This document shows, piece by piece, positions 26,215-32,000 of a DNA stretch of 32,000 nucleotides. The notes beneath the pieces were generated by a model that saw only the letters and a program-made list of their open reading frames with translations, did not search any database and was not told the DNA's origin. Made by a program: the position numbers and the translations under genes. Within the stretch, counting starts at the first letter, position 1, and each line of letters opens with the position of its first letter. The DNA is from Candidatus Methylomirabilis oxygeniifera (GTDB taxonomy: Bacteria > Methylomirabilota > Methylomirabilia > Methylomirabilales > Methylomirabilaceae). The stretch lies in NCBI GenBank assembly GCA_000091165.1, contig FP565575.1, forward strand, positions 750,001 to 782,000, written 5' to 3'.

Positions 26215-26619
26215 CAGGGACCTCCTCCTCCGCAAGCTGGCGGATCTCGATCAGTCCCTGAGCCAGGTGACAGAGTCCGGAATATCACTCTTGACCAGTA
26301 TCGAGGGGACTGGAAGATCCAGCGGATTGTCGAGCGGACCCTGCAGATGGCGATCGAGGTGTGCGTGGATATCGCCAACCACATCATCGCCGATCGAGGG
26401 CTTCGGGTTCCGGCAACGTATGCCGAGACCTTTGAAGTCCTTGGCGAGGCCGGGCTCTTGGATACCGCACAGCGAGAGGCCATGATTCGCATGTGCAAGT
26501 TCCGTAATGTGATCATCCACGACTATACGCGGGTAGACCCCACGATTGTCGTGCAGATCCTGCGTGAGCATCTCGAAGATTTCCCCCGGTTCAAGGCAGC
26601 CGCATTGAAGTGGATATAG
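26201..26619 (+). pseudogene. hepT: HepT (DUF86/HEPN) toxin gene split by a 1-nt frameshift
   Basis: The N-terminal part MGVVDRDLLLRKLADLDQSLSQVTE starts at ATG 26201. The HepT-like sequence then continues one frame over from about 26278 (RNITLDQYRGDWKIQRIVERTLQMAIEV...FRNVIIHDY, an Rx4H motif). That frame has no ATG, GTG or TTG before 26347. Confidence 0.7.
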
Positions 26620-26703
26620 TTCCTTTTACCTAAATGGGGAGTGAGAGCGGATGCAGGACCGACCGTTCATAGAACATTTGTGTCGAGAGGAGATTTGTCC
26701 TCT

Positions 26704-26943
26704 ATGAGACGAGCGCCTCGTGAAGAGGGCGCCAGATGGCTGCAACAGGCCGTCGAGGATCTGCGGTGGGCCGAGGATCTGGCAGAGCGCGGTGGGTCAT
26801 ATCGCCTGCTTCCTGGCCCAGCAGATCGGCGAAAAGGCCCTCAAGGCGTTCCTTATGGCTATTACATCCCTACCCGATACCCGAACAGCATACCCGACAG
26901 CATTCCGGCCCATATCTTCACTCGAGATGCCGCGGGGGAATGA
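26704..26943 (+). pseudogene. degraded HEPN-domain gene remnant
   Basis: HEPN-like segments lie in two frames: ARWLQQAVEDLRWAEDLAERG in one, HIACFLAQQIGEKALKAFL in another, then YYIPTRYPN back in the first. The middle of the domain is missing. Confidence 0.55.
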
Positions 26944-27067
26944 ACCCTCAGTGGATGCAACCCCACAGAGATGCTCATGACAACCTCATCAAGCCGCACG
27001 GTGGCCTCCATATACGAGATCGTGTGGGATTGAATCGTTGTCGGCCCATAGCGAGAGGAAAGCGGAT

Positions 27068-27856
27068 ATGATGTGTGGGGAAGAGGTAACATTAGTGAGT
27101 GGGCGTACCGGTCTCCTCATTGGGCATCCTGGACATGAACTCCGAATTTACGGGTGGGTGGAGAGGACAAAGCCACTGGTTCTCGTCATCACGGACGGAT
27201 CCGGTGGGGCCAAGGCAGATCGGACGGAGTCAAGTCGCGCCCTGCTGGAGAAAACCGGGGCCAAAGTCGGACCGATCTTCGGGCGGCTTTCCGATAAGGA
27301 GGCATATAGCGCCATTCTTCGGAAAGATGTGGGGTTGTTCACAGGCCTTGCGGAGGAGGCAGCCGACATCTATGATCGTGCGGGAGTCACTGTGGTGGTA
27401 AGCGATGCGGCGGAAGGATTCAACCCGGTCCACGATCTGTGTCGGCTTATGGCTGATGCGGCGGTACGGCTTATGGAGGGGCGACGGCAGGCTAGGGTTC
27501 CAGTGTATGAATTCGATCTGGTCACCCCTCAATGGGAGACTCAGGCATGTGATGCAGAGATCAGAATCAATCTCACAGAAGCTGAGTTTTGCAGAAAACT
27601 TGAGGCCGCTCAGCGATACAAGGAGCTGCGCGGGGAGATCAAACGGGTACTGGAGAATACCGCTGCGGATGCCTTTCGAGAAGAGATCTTCAGGCCTGGC
27701 GGTCGCCGGCTGGGGCCTCCGGGTAAGCCGTTCTATGAGAGCTTTGGCGAGTGTCGTATTGCCGAGGGACTGTATGATCAGGTCATCAGGCGTGACATTC
27801 ACTTAAAGCCAATTGCCGAGGCTCTGACAGGATTAGGACGGCCGGCGAGAGGGTAG
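27068..27856 (+). CDS. hypothetical protein, possibly a divergent LmbE/PIG-L-like deacetylase
   Basis: ATG at 27068 follows GAGAGGAAAG. LLIGHPGHELR..W....P.VLVITDGSGG and NPVHD loosely resemble the AHPDDE and HPDH motifs. The functional call has low confidence. Confidence 0.55.
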   Translation: MMCGEEVTLVSGRTGLLIGHPGHELRIYGWVERTKPLVLVITDGSGGAKADRTESSRALLEKTGAKVGPIFGRLSDKEAYSAILRKDVGLFTGLAEEAADIYDRAGVTVVVSDAAEGFNPVHDLCRLMADAAVRLMEGRRQARVPVYEFDLVTPQWETQACDAEIRINLTEAEFCRKLEAAQRYKELRGEIKRVLENTAADAFREEIFRPGGRRLGPPGKPFYESFGECRIAEGLYDQVIRRDIHLKPIAEALTGLGRPARG

Positions 27857-27971
27857 CTGGTGGAAGCAGCGGCGATCCGTCTGTGCGAACTTGTCCGCGG
27901 GTGTTTTGATAGTGTGCGCTGATCAATTTTACGAATCCGCCATTCCAGTCACCGAGCCCGCCAGCCGACCA

Positions 27972-28829
27972 ATGCCGATCATCGTTGGCGCGCCGCGTTC
28001 CGGAACGACGCTGTTACGCCTGATGCTCGATGCCCATACGGACCTTGCCATCCCGCCGGAAACAGGTTTTCTGGCGACCGATCAGACGTTCCTGCACCGC
28101 CTCTCTCGGCAGGAGTTCGCCGACTTCATCGAACAGTTTCCACCAGGCGTTCCCGGTTGGCAGGATTTCTGCATCCCGTTCCCCGTGTGGCGCGAAGCGC
28201 TCGAAGCCATCGAACCCTTTTCGCCCGTGAACGCCTTCAGGACTTTTTATCGGCTGTACGCGGCCCGTTTTTCGAAAATGCGCTGGGGGGACAAGACGCC
28301 CAGCTACGTATTTTGCATGAGGCAGATCAAGGAGATGCTTCCGAAATCCCGTTTTATCCACTTGATTCGCGATGGGAGGGACGTTGCGCTGTCGTGGCGA
28401 AAGACCTGGTTCGCTCCCGGGCAGGACATGAAAACGCTGGCAAGCCACTGGAAGCAGTCGGTGTCGGCAGGTCTGGACAGCCGGAAGGACGGGAGCCATT
28501 ATCTTGAGATCCGTTACGAGGAACTGATTCAAGATACGGTGTCGGTGCTGCAACGCATTTGTGATTACATTTCGCTCGATTGGCAGCCGGCAATGCTGAA
28601 CTACTTCGCGAATAGCCCGGCGCGCCTGGCGGAGCATGCGGAGCGGCGGCGTGACGATGGTACGGTGCTTGTCAGCAGAGAACAACGACTTGAACAACAA
28701 CGCCTGACGACACGCCCGCCGATCTCGGAGCGCGTACTGGCCTGGCGCGTCACGCTCACACCGTCTGAGCGCGAGGAGTTTGCGAGTGTTGCGGGCGATC
28801 TGCTGGATACTTTGGGATACGAACCATGA
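27972..28829 (+). CDS. sulfotransferase family protein
   Basis: 5'-PSB loop GAPRSGTTLL and 3'-PB-like IHLIRDGRDVALS. The start is uncertain: ATG at 27972, or the track TTG at 27891. Confidence 0.85.
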   Translation: MPIIVGAPRSGTTLLRLMLDAHTDLAIPPETGFLATDQTFLHRLSRQEFADFIEQFPPGVPGWQDFCIPFPVWREALEAIEPFSPVNAFRTFYRLYAARFSKMRWGDKTPSYVFCMRQIKEMLPKSRFIHLIRDGRDVALSWRKTWFAPGQDMKTLASHWKQSVSAGLDSRKDGSHYLEIRYEELIQDTVSVLQRICDYISLDWQPAMLNYFANSPARLAEHAERRRDDGTVLVSREQRLEQQRLTTRPPISERVLAWRVTLTPSEREEFASVAGDLLDTLGYEP

Positions 28830-30385
28830 GCCGGCCGCTAACGGTATTGCTCACCAACCTCTTTCTGAGTGGTCGCTCCGGAACCGAGATCCAGACGCGG
28901 AACATTGCGCTTGAGTTGCTTCGGCAGGGACATCGACCGCTGGTCCACACGCCCGCGCTCGGGCCGATCGCGGCGGAACTCAGGAACGCATCGATCCCCG
29001 TGGTGACGGATCTGAACGATATCACTCGGCCAATCGACATCGTGCATGGCCATCACTTGCCGACGACGGTGGCCGCGATGGCACGCTTTCCGGAGACTCC
29101 TGCCATTTTCGTCTGTCATGACTTTACTGCGTGGTACGATTCTCCGCCTCAATTCCCAGCGATTCGTCGCTATGTGGCCGTCGATGAAACCGTGTACGAC
29201 CGACTGACTCTTGAAAGCGGCATTCCGACGGACAAGGTGTGCGTCCTGTTGAATGCTGTGGATATCAATCGTTTTGCGCCCAAGGAGTCGCTCCCGCCGC
29301 AACCTCGACGCGCCCTCGCGTTCGCCAAGAACCAGGGGCACATCGCCGTGATACAAGCGGCCTGCGCGCAACGGGGTATTCGTCTCGATGTGATCGGCTA
29401 CTCGGTTGGCCGCATCGTCGACGAGCCGGAGCAGATCATTCAGGGCTACGACGTTGTCTTCAGCTCGGCGCTGTCGGCAATGGAGGCGATGGCGTGCGGC
29501 CGGGCAGTAGTGGTCTGCGATGGCCGCGGACTGGCGGGGATGTGCGACGTACAAAGATTTGCCGACTGGCGCCGGTTGAACTTCGGTTTGCGCACGCTGC
29601 GCCAGCCCCTGACGCTACAGGCGATCGGAACCGAGATCGACTGCTACGACGCAGCACAGGCAGCCGAAGTCACCGCGCGACTGCGAGCGGAGGGCGGCTT
29701 GGCCGCGTATGTTGAACGGTTGACGCTGCTGTACCGGGAAGCGATGGAAGAGCAGCGCCGGACGCCGCATTCAGCGCATGATCTTTCGCGGGCCATAGTC
29801 ACGTACCTGCAGGATTGGTATCCCAATGACGCAGGCCCACGGTCTTGGCTGCGCGAACGCCGCGTACTCCTGGACACAATCGATGATCTATCGTATGGAG
29901 TACTGTGTGCGCCGCTGGACACGCCCTTGAGTTTCGGCAGCGGAGAAACTCGCCGCTGGTGGTGGAGAATACGCGGATTTTCGATCCCTGAAGACTGGGG
30001 AACCTGGACCGACGGGAGTCCGGCCATTGCCATGTTTCGGGTCGGCCAAGCCTGTGAACTGCACGCGGAATTCGCCATGCATCCGTTTGTGCCCGATAAA
30101 AGCCGCGAAATATCGGTAGATGTTACGGTCAATGGTCTGCTGCTGGATACCTGGGTCTTCCGCGGACCCGACAGTATCGAGTCGCGAATGCGTTGCGTGC
30201 GCATTCCCGAGGAGGTCATCGGCGAGGACGGCGCAATCTGGTTGGCGTTTACCATCAAGAACTCTCGCTCACCAAAGCAGCTCGGCTTGTCGGACCTGGA
30301 TCCGCGTTCGCTCGGAATCGGATTGCGTGAGGTGACGCTGCGAGCGTGGAATGCGTCCATGACCGCGAAATGTTGTGTGCATTAA
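28826..30385 (+). CDS. GT-B (GT4-like) glycosyltransferase with a ~190-aa C-terminal domain of unknown function
   Basis: The N-terminal region has a GT-B-like layout (VLLTNLFLSGRSGTE.Q.R..A..L...GH). The C-terminal module contains GFSIPEDWGTWTDGSPA...VNG...SP...GLSDLDPRSLGIGL. ATGA start/stop overlap with the sulfotransferase gene. Confidence 0.8.
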   Translation: MSRPLTVLLTNLFLSGRSGTEIQTRNIALELLRQGHRPLVHTPALGPIAAELRNASIPVVTDLNDITRPIDIVHGHHLPTTVAAMARFPETPAIFVCHDFTAWYDSPPQFPAIRRYVAVDETVYDRLTLESGIPTDKVCVLLNAVDINRFAPKESLPPQPRRALAFAKNQGHIAVIQAACAQRGIRLDVIGYSVGRIVDEPEQIIQGYDVVFSSALSAMEAMACGRAVVVCDGRGLAGMCDVQRFADWRRLNFGLRTLRQPLTLQAIGTEIDCYDAAQAAEVTARLRAEGGLAAYVERLTLLYREAMEEQRRTPHSAHDLSRAIVTYLQDWYPNDAGPRSWLRERRVLLDTIDDLSYGVLCAPLDTPLSFGSGETRRWWWRIRGFSIPEDWGTWTDGSPAIAMFRVGQACELHAEFAMHPFVPDKSREISVDVTVNGLLLDTWVFRGPDSIESRMRCVRIPEEVIGEDGAIWLAFTIKNSRSPKQLGLSDLDPRSLGIGLREVTLRAWNASMTAKCCVH

Positions 30386-30444
30386 TTGAGTGTACAAGCA
30401 CGTATGGTTTTGGCAGGGGCGAATTCTGTTTCGGAGATTGAGCG

Positions 30445-31686
30445 ATGACTGACCCATTGCCAGACGAGCTATCGGAAGCCGAACGGGCCCGGCGCGCCTT
30501 GATCCAATGGTCTCTGGACAAGAGCCACGTGAGACTCGGTAATATGGCCCGCTGGCACAAAGGGACGACTTATCGTCGCATGCCAGACAAGACACAACTA
30601 AGCGCCATGGGCATGGATGCGCTGGGCGACGGCTGGTTGCCGGCCGAACCGCTGATTACCCCGGAGACGCGCGTGCTGGCGATCGGCAGTTGCTTCGCGC
30701 GATATTTTATCCTCTGGCTTGCAGAACACGGCTTCAACAAAGCGGCCCCACAGTCGCCCTACAATGCGTTGCTGCGGTTTGGCTCCGATTTTGTAAGCCC
30801 CGCCGTGGTTGCTCAGCAATTCCGCTGGGCGTTCGACGAACTGGATGACAAGGACGTTCTTTGGATCGGCAAGGATAAGAATATATTTGAGGCGACCGAG
30901 GAGCGGCGCCAACTGGTGCGGGATACCTTGTTAGGGACCGAGGTTCTGCTTCTCACCTTGGGGCTGTCGGAGGTCTGGTACGACCGTGTTACAGGCGAAC
31001 CCTTGTGGCGGGCGCTTACGGAGGATCAGTTCGATCCCGAGCGCCATATCTTCCGGGTAGAGACGATGGCGCAAACGCTGCATTATTTGGAGACGATCGA
31101 GCGCTTGCGCGCGCAACACGTCCCAAACATGACGATCATATATACCGTCTCGCCGATTCGTCTCGCGGCGACGTTTCGGCCGGTATCCGCGTTGACCGCT
31201 AGCAGCGCCTCGAAGGCGATTGTGCGCGCGGCCCTGGACGAATTTCTGCGCAATCACCAGGACGGCTTACACCGAAACCTGTTCTATTTTCCGAGCTACG
31301 AACTCGTGACCGAATATTTTGTCGACCCCTACGAACATGATAATCGTCACATTTCGTCTACAGTGGCGGCAGGCATCATCCGTTACTTTGTCGCACACTA
31401 CTGTTCGGCTGACATGATCGAGCGTTCCGGGCGATCTTTGAATGATCTTGAGGGTGCAGGGCAGGATCTGGAGCGGTTCATTCAACAATCAAGAATTGCT
31501 GGTACCGACCCGCGGTCTGGCGAACTACTGGCTCGCATCGCCGAATTAGAGGGTAAGGTGGTCGACCTGCAGAAAATCTGCGATGAGCGGCAGGAAGTCA
31601 TCGTGGGTCTCGATCAGGCGGCGCGGGAACGGCTGGATCTCATTCACCGTCTCGACGCCGAGGTCAAGCGGATTCAAGGGCGGTGA
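30445..31686 (+). CDS. GSCFA-domain protein with a C-terminal coiled-coil
   Basis: The family-defining LAIGSCFA motif and a SGNH-like layout. The C-terminal heptad-like segment is LLARIAELEGKVVDLQKICDERQE. Confidence 0.8.
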   Translation: MTDPLPDELSEAERARRALIQWSLDKSHVRLGNMARWHKGTTYRRMPDKTQLSAMGMDALGDGWLPAEPLITPETRVLAIGSCFARYFILWLAEHGFNKAAPQSPYNALLRFGSDFVSPAVVAQQFRWAFDELDDKDVLWIGKDKNIFEATEERRQLVRDTLLGTEVLLLTLGLSEVWYDRVTGEPLWRALTEDQFDPERHIFRVETMAQTLHYLETIERLRAQHVPNMTIIYTVSPIRLAATFRPVSALTASSASKAIVRAALDEFLRNHQDGLHRNLFYFPSYELVTEYFVDPYEHDNRHISSTVAAGIIRYFVAHYCSADMIERSGRSLNDLEGAGQDLERFIQQSRIAGTDPRSGELLARIAELEGKVVDLQKICDERQEVIVGLDQAARERLDLIHRLDAEVKRIQGR

Positions 31687-31886
31687 CGGATGCATTCTTG
31701 GTGTGCTATGCTTATTTGCCGAATATCATTCGCGCTGGCCGGCTTCCTCGGTATGCGATGGTGGCGTGGTAACTCCCGCTCTGGCAATGATCGAGCCGGC
31801 TTTTCCATCTTTTATCAATTTTCGGCTGCTTATGTAGGTGCCATTGTGGTCATGCCCCGCAATCCATTAGAAGCGCCCGATAGAAG

Positions 31887-32000
31887 ATGAGCCCCGAGTT
31901 CATGTCAGTCGAGTTTCCGTGGAGCGTCGCACGGGATGCGGGGGTCGACATCGCGCTCAAGAAACCGTGGCTCGTCGGATCCAACCACCACTTTCTGCGT
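31887..32000 (+). CDS. 5' fragment of an ORF running off the window
   Basis: ATG at 31887, open to the window end (MSPEFMSVEFPWSVARDAGVDIALKKPWLVGSNHHFLR). No motif recognised. Confidence 0.25.
   Translation, partial: MSPEFMSVEFPWSVARDAGVDIALKKPWLVGSNHHFLR

Noticed and set aside
26260-26290. Programmed -1 ribosomal frameshift as the explanation for the split HepT.
   Set aside because: There is no X-XXY-YYZ slippery heptamer and no obvious downstream stimulatory structure at the frame junction (…GAG TCC GGA ATA…). A mutation or a sequencing indel is the simpler explanation.

Overview
This is a GC-rich bacterial chromosomal window, coded mostly on the plus strand. I saw no transposase, integrase, rRNA or CRISPR array.

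(1) 1-3.9 kb: a small zinc-ribbon ORF, then a housekeeping/DNA-repair run (SDR reductase, MBL-fold hydrolase, Cas4/AddB-like PD-(D/E)XK Fe-S nuclease, Ogt), ending at tRNA-Thr(CGU).

(2) 3.9-12 kb: a ~0.7 kb ORF-poor spacer, then a sigma54-dependent NtrC-family activator whose receiver has Glu in place of the phospho-acceptor Asp. It is followed by three TGTGACA repeats and two correctly spaced -24/-12 promoter candidates. Next come four uncharacterised genes: two secreted proteins (one with a clan-CD-like His/Cys pattern), a 721-aa protein with an internal domain duplication, and a papain-family peptidase with no signal peptide.

(3) 12-16.3 kb: TPR protein plus M48/LysM protease, ubiE/menG plus a UbiA-type prenyltransferase, and tRNA-Ala(GGC) on the minus strand.

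(4) 16.6-18.9 kb, the most interesting part: a REP-like palindromic element, then a PqqD-type RRE, a lasso B2-type protease, a 40-codon precursor ORF absent from the ORF track, and an HPr-kinase-like kinase. The precursor leader fits the lasso Y-17/P-14/L-12/T-2 register exactly. However, the window has no lasso cyclase, and the predicted 11-aa core cannot form a lasso ring.

(5) 19-32 kb: a polysaccharide locus with GT2s, a convergent ABC-2 exporter, gmd, an RmlC-like epimerase, fcl, a sulfotransferase, a GT-B glycosyltransferase and a GSCFA protein. It is interrupted by an MntA/HepT pair with a frameshifted HepT and by a HEPN remnant.

All family assignments come from motifs read by eye. No database search was run.
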